Source of the DNA: an uncultured virus (IMG/VR IMGVR_UViG_3300031525_000003)
Taxonomy: Duplodnaviria > Heunggongvirae > Uroviricota > Caudoviricetes
Reading direction: 5' to 3' (one strand)
IMG/VR virus record: IMGVR_UViG_3300031525_000003
Length of the DNA stretch: 55,312 nt
Below the pieces are notes generated by a model. The model searched no databases and was not told the origin of the DNA. It was given only the letters and a program-made list of their open reading frames with translations. The translations under genes and the position numbers were made by a program. Below are positions 8,222 to 17,665 of this stretch, piece after piece. Every line of letters starts with the position of its first letter. Position 1 is the first letter of the stretch.

Positions 8222-9172
8222 GTGAAGGAACGTCGCTCGCGCGCCAGTCGTCCCGTGCGCACGCGTACGCCTGGCAGCGTCTACCTGGCCGTTTACACGT
8301 GCGGAGCGTTCCGCTGCGCGCGAACCGCAGCTGTTGCCGCGTACGCAGGACAGTCGCAGCAGGCGACGTGCTGCGCGACCGGTGGGCACACCTTCGAGGT
8401 CCACGAGTACACACGCGGCGACGTATGCATCGTCGACGACATCCAGCCGAAACCGGCCCCGCAGCCCAAACCCAGTGGGCCGCCGGTTCGAATGCCCGTG
8501 CTTCTCCGCAGACTGGAAACTCTCGTCGCCAGCTGCAATCGCTGCGCCCTCTCGAAGACGCGCGACAAGACCGTCTTCGGGCGCGGCAATCCAGAGGCTC
8601 CCATCTGCATCGTGGGCGAGGCGCCCGGTGCCGACGAGAACCGCCTGGGAGAGCCGTTCGTGGGGCGCGCGGGCAAGCTGCTCGACGAGATGCTCGTTCA
8701 TGTGGGACTCTCGCCGCAGAAAGACGTCTACATCTGCAACATCCTCAAGTGCTGGCCTCCGGGCAACCGTCGACCGACCGCGGGCGAAGTCGCCTCCTGC
8801 AGCATGCACCTGCAAGAGCAGCTGGCTCTCTGGGCCGGGGACATGGGCCGGGGACCACGGGTGCTCGTCGCGCTGGGTAACACCGCCGCGAGCGCCCTGA
8901 CAGGCTCGCCTCTTGGGATTACGGAGCTGCGTGGCCAGTGGAAGCTCTACCGCGGTCGCATCATGGTCATGCCCACCTACCACCCGTCGTACCTCCTTCG
9001 TCCGTTCAAGACGCAGGTGCGCTCGCGTGAGGAAACCCGCAGCGATCTCGTCAAGGTGCTTGAATACCTAGGCCTCTCGCCCGCCGAGCGCGCCGAGAAG
9101 CGCCCGCGTCTCTACGGGATCGATGGCGGCAAGGCCAAGAAGACAACATCGGTGACGGAGGGAACCGAGTGA
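8222..9172 (+). CDS. udg: family-4 uracil-DNA glycosylase with N-terminal extension
   Basis: CxxCx[44 protein letters not shown] 8222 is in frame, 6 nt after the -10. Confidence 0.9.
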   Translation: MKERRSRASRPVRTRTPGSVYLAVYTCGAFRCARTAAVAAYAGQSQQATCCATGGHTFEVHEYTRGDVCIVDDIQPKPAPQPKPSGPPVRMPVLLRRLETLVASCNRCALSKTRDKTVFGRGNPEAPICIVGEAPGADENRLGEPFVGRAGKLLDEMLVHVGLSPQKDVYICNILKCWPPGNRRPTAGEVASCSMHLQEQLALWAGDMGRGPRVLVALGNTAASALTGSPLGITELRGQWKLYRGRIMVMPTYHPSYLLRPFKTQVRSREETRSDLVKVLEYLGLSPAERAEKRPRLYGIDGGKAKKTTSVTEGTE

Positions 9173-9390
9173 CCTGCGAGCACCACAAACTGTGCGGCGA
9201 GTGCTTCAGCCCCGAGGTCGTAAGCGATCTCGAACGACGGCTGGCCTCGCTCACCGAGGCCGCACAAGCCGCAGCGAGGCGAGGCACGTTTTGCGGCGTC
9301 TGCAAGTGGCTCGTCATCGACTGCGACAACTCCTCTGACAGGTGCGCGGGTACGGACCTGCGCCGTGTTCTCCGTGAAGCGGAAGGCTGA
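9169..9390 (+). CDS. small Cys-rich protein
   Basis: GTGA coupling; CGVC..C..CAG module. Confidence 0.6.
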   Translation: MTCEHHKLCGECFSPEVVSDLERRLASLTEAAQAAARRGTFCGVCKWLVIDCDNSSDRCAGTDLRRVLREAEG

Positions 9391-9392
9391 CC

Positions 9393-9674
9393 ATGCCGGA
9401 ATACATCAACCAGCTCGTAGGCGACAAGCCGTGTTCGAAGTGCGGGACGGCGATCCGGTTTCACGTCGCACGTACGGACGATCGCTGTGATCCGGACGAC
9501 GTCGCCACCCATCAGCGTCGACGCGTCGTCGACGACATCATCACCTGGCTCCGCGGACTGGAGACGCGCCTGACCACGTTCTGCGACCAGACACAGGATC
9601 CACAATTCATCGCGCGACGCGGGATCTACGACGGCATCGCCGACGACATCAAGGACAAGTGGAGGCCCAAGTGA
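9393..9674 (+). CDS. hypothetical protein
   Basis: CSKC; IITWLR...IADDI module. Confidence 0.6.
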   Translation: MPEYINQLVGDKPCSKCGTAIRFHVARTDDRCDPDDVATHQRRRVVDDIITWLRGLETRLTTFCDQTQDPQFIARRGIYDGIADDIKDKWRPK

Positions 9675-9844
9675 GCAAGCCGAAGAAGACCTCCTCGGCG
9701 TCCGATGGACCCCTCTACCTGGAGTTCAAGTACTGCAAGGACAAGTGCTTCGCCTGCAAGCAGTGCGGGTACTTCTGGGGCCCGGATCACAAGGACCACG
9801 GCAAGCCGGCGCAATTCGGTACGGAGGCGCACGAAACCGCATGA
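9671..9844 (+). CDS. small Zn-ribbon protein
   Basis: GTGA/ATGA coupling on both sides; CKDKCFACKQC. Confidence 0.5.
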   Translation: MSKPKKTSSASDGPLYLEFKYCKDKCFACKQCGYFWGPDHKDHGKPAQFGTEAHETA

Positions 9845-10671
9845 ACGCTGTCGCCTCCGTTTCGTCCACCTGCAAGCGCAAGCAGGTCGACTTTCAGGCG
9901 CTGCTGGAAGCCGTCGCACGACGTAGCGACTACTTCGGCCCGCTGGGTCCGCAGGGTGCCTTCGAGATCTACCGCTGGATGGCCCAGACCGTTCTCCGCA
10001 AGAGCGGCTACCCGTTCGTGTGGCCCACGCGCTGGGGCCATGGAAGCCTGATCGCCAACCTCGGGGGGCTGCACAGCTGCACCAGCGTCACCCTCCCGAA
10101 CCCCATCGGCCGGGAGTGGAGACGCCAACTTTTTGAACGCTTCGCTCACGCGCTCCTCGACGTCGGCCCCATGGCCGACTGGCGTGGCCGCTTGCGCATC
10201 AACTTCCAGCACCCTCGAAGCGTCGCCATGCTCTACGAAGAGCCGATCGGCTACGATCTCGCGCGCACGCTCGACCGACTTTTCGCCCTGGCCACACCCA
10301 CCAGGCGGCTCACGGTCGCCCTCAACAAGCACCACCCGGACGCCCGGTACCTGACGGACGTCCTACTCTCCGTCAATGAGCGCGGGTGGGCCGCGAGCAT
10401 CAAGTACGGCTACGAAGGCGCGCGCTGGAGTACGGACAGCCGCACCGATCCGGCCGACGACGACTCGGAGGACGCCTGCCACACCCAGCAGCAGGCCGAT
10501 GAGACCTTCTGCGCATTCGTCACTCGCACGCACGCAAAGTTCGAGGCGCTGCTCACGCCCGTCTGCGCTCATCACCGTTGGTCGTGTCAGCCTACACGCA
10601 ACGAGTTCTACACCAGCCCGTTCCGGCCTCACTCGTTCGGCGCTCGCTGCGAACTCAGCCAGGACATCTGA
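9841..10671 (+). CDS. hypothetical protein
   Basis: ATGA coupling; long protein-like ORF. Confidence 0.7.
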   Translation: MNAVASVSSTCKRKQVDFQALLEAVARRSDYFGPLGPQGAFEIYRWMAQTVLRKSGYPFVWPTRWGHGSLIANLGGLHSCTSVTLPNPIGREWRRQLFERFAHALLDVGPMADWRGRLRINFQHPRSVAMLYEEPIGYDLARTLDRLFALATPTRRLTVALNKHHPDARYLTDVLLSVNERGWAASIKYGYEGARWSTDSRTDPADDDSEDACHTQQQADETFCAFVTRTHAKFEALLTPVCAHHRWSCQPTRNEFYTSPFRPHSFGARCELSQDI

Positions 10672-10674
10672 GTC

Positions 10675-11628
10675 ATGGACCGACGAGAGCACGACCGGAA
10701 GCCAAGCACCGAGTACCAGACGGAGACGGCGGATACGTTCGACCATTCCCTCTTCGTGCCGGGCCTCTACGAGAAGCCTGGCAAGCCAAACCGCATGCGT
10801 GTCCTCTTCGAGGAAGAGCACGGCCTCACCGACATCATCGACGAGGAGACGACCAGCGAAGGCCCAGCCGCCCGCAGCTATGCGAACGGCGCCAACGTGA
10901 ACCTGTCCTGCACCGACCAACAGGTCCGCTGGCTCCACCGGACCCTTGGCGCGCTCGTCGCGCGCTGGGACGCCGGGGAAGCCTACGGCGAGACCGGTGA
11001 CCGCTCCGAGCCGCCCGGAGCCGTGCTCGCGCGGCTCCAGCGAGCCCTGGAGCCGTGCGGCACGAACACCGACAACCCAGACACGTGCGGCGTTTGCCAC
11101 CTGCACTTCCACGAGTGCTTCGAGGACATGGCGATCGATTCCGACGAGCCGGGGGCATCACGGTTCTTCGCGTGCCCCGGCGCGCGAGCCCGCATGGTCC
11201 TCCGCTACCCGGGCGACGAGACGAGGAAGGCCGCTATCTCCGTCGTCTTCCAGAACGACGCTTGCCGGCGTGTCCTCTGCGTCTGGAACGAACGCTACGA
11301 GTGCTGGGCTCTCCCTGGAGGCCTCGTCGAAGACGGCGAGCTGCCGGCAGACGCGCAGGCGCGAGAACTGGAAGAGGAAGCTTCGCTCAAGACCAAGAAG
11401 GCGACGCTCGTCTACGAGGGGCCTCACCACATGCCGCACAAGCCCGGACGCGCGTCCATCGTGTGCGTCTACCTCGTGGACGCCATCGGTGAGCCACACG
11501 AGACGGAGCCCGGCTGTCCGGTTGCCTGGAAAACGATCGACGAGTTCCTGGCCTCGACCAAGATGCGGCAGCTCTACGCGCAGATCCTGCCAGACCTCGC
11601 CGCGAAGCAGCTGGGGAGAAACCCTTGA
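10675..11628 (+). CDS. Nudix hydrolase fused to N-terminal unknown and Cys modules
   Basis: Nudix box WALPGGLVEDGELPADAQARELEEEASL. Confidence 0.85.
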   Translation: MDRREHDRKPSTEYQTETADTFDHSLFVPGLYEKPGKPNRMRVLFEEEHGLTDIIDEETTSEGPAARSYANGANVNLSCTDQQVRWLHRTLGALVARWDAGEAYGETGDRSEPPGAVLARLQRALEPCGTNTDNPDTCGVCHLHFHECFEDMAIDSDEPGASRFFACPGARARMVLRYPGDETRKAAISVVFQNDACRRVLCVWNERYECWALPGGLVEDGELPADAQARELEEEASLKTKKATLVYEGPHHMPHKPGRASIVCVYLVDAIGEPHETEPGCPVAWKTIDEFLASTKMRQLYAQILPDLAAKQLGRNP

Positions 11629-11840
11629 GCGGCGGCACCTGGAACCGCGCAGGGCGGCGCAGCGGCGGATCGCCTGCTGCGAAGATCCTGGTCGCGAGAA
11701 CAGCGCGCCCGGGTCCGCTTCGGTCGATCCAGTGCCATCAGGAACGCCACGTGGAGTGCCTTGGAACATGCAAGCCGTTCTTCCAGGCGCCATGCGAGTG
11801 CGACTGCCACAAGGAGGGCGAGGAACATGGCGGCAAGTGA
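11625..11840 (+). CDS. small Cys/His-rich protein
   Basis: TTGA coupling; CH..RH..C...CECDCH. Confidence 0.5.
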   Translation: MSGGTWNRAGRRSGGSPAAKILVARTARPGPLRSIQCHQERHVECLGTCKPFFQAPCECDCHKEGEEHGGK

Positions 11841-12780
11841 GAGCGCGCGCATGCGCGAAAACGGCTGGGTCGTCGCCGTGCACAACGACTACAAGCTGCA
11901 CGGCGAGGCGTACACGTTCTGGGGGTTCACGCGCGGTGCGATCTTCGTGAAGGGGGAAGGAAAGACGGACAGCGAGGCCATCGACGAGGCCTCGGCGGCA
12001 GCCAGCTGCTTCCCCGCCGATCTCGACGTGAAGGCGCTGCTGCGAAGAATGCGCGCCATCCAGGAGGCGTGCGCGCACGCGGATCTCCATCTCCGTGGCA
12101 TCGGAGGCTACGATGTGATCCGTTCCATCGCCATGGACGGCGCCGTCCCTCCGGAGCCGTCCCCCGAGCACCACGTCCGTGTCCACGTCCTCGGTGACTG
12201 GGACGCCCGCCTGATGGTCAACGGCTACGGCGTTTGCAAGTGGGACCAGCACACCATGGTCACCGACGAGGCCAACGGTCTCGAATACGCCTACGTCGTC
12301 GCGGGCGCGCTGCGCGAAGCGCTGGCGCGCCCTGACCAGGCTGTGGGACCTCGGCTGGTCCAGTCCGCGGAGCCTCTCGCCCCGCGTGTCACCGAAGTCT
12401 GGTCGCACTGCGAGGGCGACGCCTGTCATTACGCCGAAACCCGCGCGTGCGAGTGCGAATGCGATGGGTGCTCTCCTCCAGGACTCGCCGCGTCCGCGGT
12501 GGCTAACATCCGCGCGGCGTGGCTGAAAGAACGAGCCGGGTACGAGGAGACCACTCGCGCGCTCCAGGAACAGCTGGCCAACCACAGGAGAGAGGTCGAG
12601 CGGCTGCACGATCTCGAAGAGGCCACCAAGGCCTTCGTTGCCCTCTGCGGCAGGATCTGCGCCTGCGTCGTCTGTGCGCGCCCTATCGCGGAATGCGACG
12701 CCGGATTCACAAGGAAGGATGCCTGCCCAGGGAGCCTCCTCCGGCTCTATGCCGGCGACACGGGAGGCGCGACCACGTGA
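11827..12780 (+). CDS. mosaic hypothetical protein
   Basis: GAGGA upstream; GWVVAVHNDY N-domain, Cys modules, coiled coil. Confidence 0.7.
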   Translation: MAASESARMRENGWVVAVHNDYKLHGEAYTFWGFTRGAIFVKGEGKTDSEAIDEASAAASCFPADLDVKALLRRMRAIQEACAHADLHLRGIGGYDVIRSIAMDGAVPPEPSPEHHVRVHVLGDWDARLMVNGYGVCKWDQHTMVTDEANGLEYAYVVAGALREALARPDQAVGPRLVQSAEPLAPRVTEVWSHCEGDACHYAETRACECECDGCSPPGLAASAVANIRAAWLKERAGYEETTRALQEQLANHRREVERLHDLEEATKAFVALCGRICACVVCARPIAECDAGFTRKDACPGSLLRLYAGDTGGATT

Positions 12781-12944
12781 ACTGCGCCGACCACATCACC
12801 GACGATGAACAGTTGCCTTACGTGGCGTGGCACGACCGGTCCAACGAGTCGAAATCGCACGGCGAAAAGCAAGAACAGTGCAGCGAGTGCCGACGGTGGT
12901 TCTGGTCGTGGGAACAGCGGAAGGCGCGATCCGGCCATGCTTAG
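12777..12944 (+). CDS. small Zn-binding protein
   Basis: GGAGG and GTGA coupling; YVAWH...QCSECRRW. Confidence 0.6.
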   Translation: MNCADHITDDEQLPYVAWHDRSNESKSHGEKQEQCSECRRWFWSWEQRKARSGHA

Positions 12945-13110
12945 CAAAGCGCTCGACCACGCTCTCTTCGAGAGAGAGCGCAGACGCGACAACCGGATCG
13001 CCGAGCTGTCCAGCGAGATCCTGCTCCTCCAGCAGCGCCTGGAAGAGGCCCTCAAGGAACGACTGCGTCTGATGGTGGAACGCGGCGACAAGCCGCTGGA
13101 AGGACAATAA
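12937..13110 (+). CDS. small coiled-coil protein
   Basis: heptad pattern; in the gene train. Confidence 0.5.
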   Translation: MLSKALDHALFERERRRDNRIAELSSEILLLQQRLEEALKERLRLMVERGDKPLEGQ

Positions 13111-13115
13111 TCGCC

Positions 13116-13319
13116 ATGTGGCCGTTTCACACGCACAAGCTGAACCTGATCGGCAAAACATACGCGCCGCCGATAACGGGAAACGTCGAACGAATGTCGG
13201 GGTCTGTCGAGGCCATCGAGCGGGTCTTTCACGGTTGCACGACGTTCGTCTGGAAGTGCGCCGATCCGGCGTGCTCCACGATCATGACGACCGTCGTCCT
13301 GGGAAAGGACATGTCATGA
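13116..13319 (+). CDS. hypothetical protein
   Basis: AAGGA upstream; H.H..C...C motif. Confidence 0.6.
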   Translation: MWPFHTHKLNLIGKTYAPPITGNVERMSGSVEAIERVFHGCTTFVWKCADPACSTIMTTVVLGKDMS

Positions 13320-14437
13320 GCACCCAAGAGCACCTGGACGCCGCCATCCGATGGCTCAACGGCATGAACATTTCGTCTCCAAACCATCCAAACCAAGCAC
13401 AGCGCTTGGCTGCGGAGTTCGAGGAACGTGACCGCGCGCAGTCGCGTCGCATCGCCGCGTGGATCCTGTCGACGAGTCCTACCATCGACGACAACACCCA
13501 CGTCAGCCTGAGAGGAGCCGTAGCCCACAACGTGGCGCTACTGCAGTGGTACGCCAACGAGATCACGAGCCGGTGGGACAAGCCGACTGCACCCGTCGAG
13601 CGAAGCTCGCGAGACGACAAGATCGGACCGCTGCCGCGCAAGACTGACCAGCAGATCGCGGACGAGGCGCACGCCGCCATCGAGAAGCTGATGGTCTGCC
13701 GCGTCTGCGGCGAGAAGTCGGCCATGCTGGTCCCTCTCTGCGGCGAGCACGTGCCCGACCAAGGTGGAAAATCCGCCACGCTGCCTGCGGGAAGACTGAA
13801 GGCTGCGTTTCAATCGAGGTTTGGACCGTCAGGCGACGAGCTGGCCAGCGCCATCGTCGACACCGTGAACGATGCCGTCCGAGGGGTCCGACCGGCTGCT
13901 CCGACGGGGGAGGAGCACAAGACAGACCACGCGCTGGCGACAGCCATTGCTCTCCTCCGCAGGAGCCGGTCCGCCCTCCTGTGCGAGGACGAAGACAACT
14001 CCATGGAGATCGACGAGAAGGTGGTGACCGGCATCGACGCCTTCTTCGAGACCTGCGCCGCACCTGCCACGTTGTCCACAACCGTACCGACGATGAATGC
14101 CACGTTGCGAGAAAACAGCGAGCTTCGCCGCATCCTCTCCAAGGCCGTCGACGCCATCGGCAACGGCTCGTGTGCCGCGGAGTGGTGCAGCCTGGAGTTC
14201 CTACAGAATGTACCCACGGAGATCGCCGCGCAGGTGGCTCACCTCCGACACGAACGAGACGATGCGCAGACGCGTATCACGGCGCAAGTGGCGGCTTGGC
14301 TGCGTGCCGGAGGGCCGCTCCGAAAGCAACCGGACGGCGGCGTCAGCATGGACAACATCTCGCTCAAACATGCCGCAGACGCCATCGAGCGCGGCGAGTT
14401 CCGGTACCGGAACGTCGAGGAGCGAGCGCCGACGTGA
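13316..14437 (+). CDS. mosaic hypothetical protein
   Basis: ATGA coupling; two AWxx...A..I modules. Confidence 0.7.
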   Translation: MSTQEHLDAAIRWLNGMNISSPNHPNQAQRLAAEFEERDRAQSRRIAAWILSTSPTIDDNTHVSLRGAVAHNVALLQWYANEITSRWDKPTAPVERSSRDDKIGPLPRKTDQQIADEAHAAIEKLMVCRVCGEKSAMLVPLCGEHVPDQGGKSATLPAGRLKAAFQSRFGPSGDELASAIVDTVNDAVRGVRPAAPTGEEHKTDHALATAIALLRRSRSALLCEDEDNSMEIDEKVVTGIDAFFETCAAPATLSTTVPTMNATLRENSELRRILSKAVDAIGNGSCAAEWCSLEFLQNVPTEIAAQVAHLRHERDDAQTRITAQVAAWLRAGGPLRKQPDGGVSMDNISLKHAADAIERGEFRYRNVEERAPT

Positions 14438-14907
14438 AGGCCATCTCCCTCCGGCAACCGTGGCTCCACGCCGTGCTGCACTACGGCAAAATGCTGGAGA
14501 ACCGCCCATGGAACACCAACCTCCGCGGCGAGTTCTTGCTCCATGCCGCCCTGGGCATGGAGGACGAGGAGTATGCAGTGGCCGAGGACTTCATCGCCAA
14601 CGCCCTGGGATGGACAGGAGATGCGCAGCGCGTGGCCTTCCGGACTGACTTCAAGGCGCGCGACCAGCGTGGCGGCATCGTCGGACGCGCGCGTCTGGTA
14701 GACGTGCTCCCGCCTTGCAATGCCACGGCGAAGAGCGGACAGATCTCCATCTTCAACAAGCCGTGCACGCACACCTGGCACATTCCCGAGCAGTACGCGT
14801 TCGTACTGCAGGACGTGCAGACGACGCGCTTCGTCTCGCTCAAGGGGTTGCCTGGGTTTTTCAGCGTGCCCGACGAGATCGTGGCCGAAGCGCTCCGAGC
14901 GGCGTAG
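14434..14907 (+). CDS. ASCH domain protein
   Basis: KAISLRQPW...GK.LENR.W.T..RG..LLHA, GGIVG, KG..GFF. Confidence 0.9.
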   Translation: MKAISLRQPWLHAVLHYGKMLENRPWNTNLRGEFLLHAALGMEDEEYAVAEDFIANALGWTGDAQRVAFRTDFKARDQRGGIVGRARLVDVLPPCNATAKSGQISIFNKPCTHTWHIPEQYAFVLQDVQTTRFVSLKGLPGFFSVPDEIVAEALRAA

Positions 14908-14910
14908 GAG

Positions 14911-16236
14911 ATGTCCATGAGCGAGCAATGGGGGGTCTGGATGCTGCCGCCCGGGCTGGGCGGACGATGGCTGCGGCAGCCCGAGGACCCGTTTCCTGTC
15001 TGGTCGGGTTCGCGAGAAGAGGCCGAGGCGGAAGCTCGCCAGAGAGCGAGCGATCCCGATCTCCGCGAGTGCCTCGTGGAAGCCCGTGCGCTGGGCCCCG
15101 CCCGTCCCACGCACACGTGCTTCGTCTGCGGCTCGTCCTGCCTTCCTCCATCCACCACGTGCGATCCGTGCGGCACCATCCTCGGTGCGGCTGCGAAGAT
15201 CGCAACGGGCGACGGCCCCAGCAGCGGCGACGTCGACGACGCCATCACCGTCCTCGTGCACTTCACCAAGCCCAGACCCAAGCCGGTGTCGGAGCACTCC
15301 TGCGCACGGAGAAAGTCGACCTCTCCCGATGGCACGGAGTGGACCGTTCTCGACTTCGACTGCGAGGCCTGCATTGTTCAACGGATGCACGGGGCTACGC
15401 GCCACCCACGCCATCTCCTGCCTGAAGGAACTTGGCCCCACCATCGCGGCGATGTACATCCGTGCCAAGGAGAGGTGATGGTCGAGAACAGCACATCGAA
15501 GCTCCTTGTGGACGTGCTGGCCGAGATTTGGATGGCCCGCGGAACGTTTGTCGACGTGCTCGGCCCGGGACAGCGCCCGGCTCCCGCCGGCTCGTTCGAC
15601 ACCACAAGCCGCTTCAACTGCACCGACCGGCACGCGCGCATGAGCGCGGTGCGCGCGGCGGTCATCGTGATCAGCAAGTGCGCCTTGACGCTGGTGTTGA
15701 AACACGAGTGGAGCGGCGCTCCATCGCACGGAGTCGAGACGTGCCCTGAATGCGGCGGGGTGATGGCCACGGGCGAGTACGACGAGAGTGAGCCGGACCT
15801 GCGTCATCGACCCTCCTGCGCCTGGGGTGCCGTTGTCCTCGCCTGCCGGCAGTTCCAAGAGCCAGACGACATCGCAGCCGCAGCGCTACCCGCTGGCCCT
15901 GTCGACCAAAACGGGCGCACCGTGCGCGAATGGTCGCTCTGCACCGAGCACGGCGTCCAAGCGGTCGACGGGCAGTGCCTGCAGTGCCGTGGCGACCGCA
16001 GTCTCATGCAGGTGATGACCGTCGTGGACGCCGAGAAGACCGTCGCCCGAGAGCGCGCGCAGGCACGGCAGGAGGCGCTCCGGGAGGCCACTCACGAGGT
16101 GGCGGACGCGATCGCCGCCGTGATGCAGGCACCAGCAGACGGTCCTGTCGCGGAGACCGCCCGCAACTCCGCTCGCTCGATACTCGAACACACAGGTCGT
16201 CTCATCAACCTCCTCGCGCAGAAAGCTCAGGCATGA
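14911..16236 (+). CDS. mosaic Cys-rich protein with N-terminal WGVW domain
   Basis: AGGAG upstream; QWGVW...EARALG. Confidence 0.7.
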   Translation: MSMSEQWGVWMLPPGLGGRWLRQPEDPFPVWSGSREEAEAEARQRASDPDLRECLVEARALGPARPTHTCFVCGSSCLPPSTTCDPCGTILGAAAKIATGDGPSSGDVDDAITVLVHFTKPRPKPVSEHSCARRKSTSPDGTEWTVLDFDCEACIVQRMHGATRHPRHLLPEGTWPHHRGDVHPCQGEVMVENSTSKLLVDVLAEIWMARGTFVDVLGPGQRPAPAGSFDTTSRFNCTDRHARMSAVRAAVIVISKCALTLVLKHEWSGAPSHGVETCPECGGVMATGEYDESEPDLRHRPSCAWGAVVLACRQFQEPDDIAAAALPAGPVDQNGRTVREWSLCTEHGVQAVDGQCLQCRGDRSLMQVMTVVDAEKTVARERAQARQEALREATHEVADAIAAVMQAPADGPVAETARNSARSILEHTGRLINLLAQKAQA

Positions 16237-16874
16237 CCGAAGGGCCGGACAAGACTGGCGGACCGTACTGCGTATGGCGAGCCGAGAACGAGGACGGTAA
16301 CCTCACCGGGCCCGCCTGCGGAGCCCTGGCGCGGTACTGGTCGTGCCAGCCCGGTGTGCGCTCTCCCACGTGCGAGGCGCACAAGTGCCGCTGCGCCAAA
16401 TCCATCGGCGACGTCAGCGCGCCCGATGGCCTCCGCGCGTCGAAGCCCGCGTGCCCGCCGGAGATCACTCTCTACGACGAGCGTATCGCCCGCCTGGTCC
16501 GCGCCGCCCAGAACATCGATCGTCTGCTGCCGCACTCGTTCCACCAATCCACATGCGCCTCCACCGTCGATCGTGAGTGTGGCGCGTGCGACTGCGGAGC
16601 GGAGGACGCCGTCGAGTTTCGGAAGGCCCTCGCCGACATGCTGCAGACAACCCAGCGGTGGGGCGTGCTCCTCATCCGCGATCAGCCTTCCGGCTCGCAG
16701 CACCAGCAGTGGTTTTTCGAGGGCTACCCGAACACCCCGTGGTCCGGCACGCACGAGGAGGCACAGCGCAGGGCGCTCCGGTGGAACGACGACCGCAACA
16801 CCACCTTCTACCGGGCAGCCGCCAGGCCGCTACCGGCTCACGCTTCGGCCGTCCCGACGGAGACACGCGGATGA
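16233..16874 (+). CDS. mosaic protein with C-terminal WGV domain
   Basis: ATGA coupling; QRWGV...YRAAARPLP. Confidence 0.7.
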   Translation: MTEGPDKTGGPYCVWRAENEDGNLTGPACGALARYWSCQPGVRSPTCEAHKCRCAKSIGDVSAPDGLRASKPACPPEITLYDERIARLVRAAQNIDRLLPHSFHQSTCASTVDRECGACDCGAEDAVEFRKALADMLQTTQRWGVLLIRDQPSGSQHQQWFFEGYPNTPWSGTHEEAQRRALRWNDDRNTTFYRAAARPLPAHASAVPTETRG

Positions 16875-17161
16875 AGCGCACCTACGAGGAGGGGCTGGAG
16901 GCCGGCGCGAAAACCGCGCAGGCGAGCCTGGCAGCCGCGGACACCGAGATCGCTCACCTGCGTAAGCAGGTGGCGGACGATGAAGAGCTACGTCTGGCGG
17001 AACTGCGCGTGATCGCGGAGGCCATGCGTCTTGGTGGCCCGCCACACTTTCACAAGGACAAGGCCCACTGGGACGCGACCGACCAGCCGTGCGACGAGTG
17101 CATCGAGTGGTGGCGGGTGTTCAACACCGTGCACGCTGCGGTCGGCAAGGGAGGCGGTTGA
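16871..17161 (+). CDS. hypothetical protein
   Basis: GGAG and ATGA coupling. Confidence 0.6.
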   Translation: MKRTYEEGLEAGAKTAQASLAAADTEIAHLRKQVADDEELRLAELRVIAEAMRLGGPPHFHKDKAHWDATDQPCDECIEWWRVFNTVHAAVGKGGG

Positions 17162-17433
17162 TGTATCCATGGTCAGAGTGTCACGGACGCGGCAGCGGCC
17201 AGATGCTCGAAGGCCTGCACAAGGCCAACGTCGAAGCGTCCTACGGCAAGATGACGACGCTCTGCGGCGTCGGCGTGTCTTCAGTCTTCCCCGCCTATGA
17301 CTGGATGCGCCGTCCTGGAGAACTTTGTCGCTCCTGCAAGCGCGAAGAGGCTCGGCTGAATGGCGAGCCAGGCACCGCCGACGTGATCGAGCCCGAGACG
17401 AAGGACAGCGAGGACACCGGCGATGCCCGCTGA
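17161..17433 (+). CDS. hypothetical protein
   Basis: TGATG overlap; H...TLCG...CRSC. Confidence 0.55.
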   Translation: MYPWSECHGRGSGQMLEGLHKANVEASYGKMTTLCGVGVSSVFPAYDWMRRPGELCRSCKREEARLNGEPGTADVIEPETKDSEDTGDAR

Positions 17434-17665
17434 CCGTACAGACCCCGGTCGCTACTACGTCAACGGCGAGTGTCTTGGATGCGGCCACGCCCTCTACATG
17501 GGCTCCTACTGCGCCAACGTGCGCTGTGGGCTCCGCGATGGAGAGTTCGTCGTCGCCAACGAGCACGTCAAGCGCCTCGCCAACCGCGTCGTGGAGCTTC
17601 TCGCGGAGCTGGGGCAGGCCAGACTCCGAGAGATGGAAGCGCGTCGAGCGGGGACAGGAGGATGA
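17423..17665 (+). CDS. small Zn-ribbon protein
   Basis: GAGGA upstream; CLGC...CANVRC. Confidence 0.6.
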   Translation: MPADRTDPGRYYVNGECLGCGHALYMGSYCANVRCGLRDGEFVVANEHVKRLANRVVELLAELGQARLREMEARRAGTGG

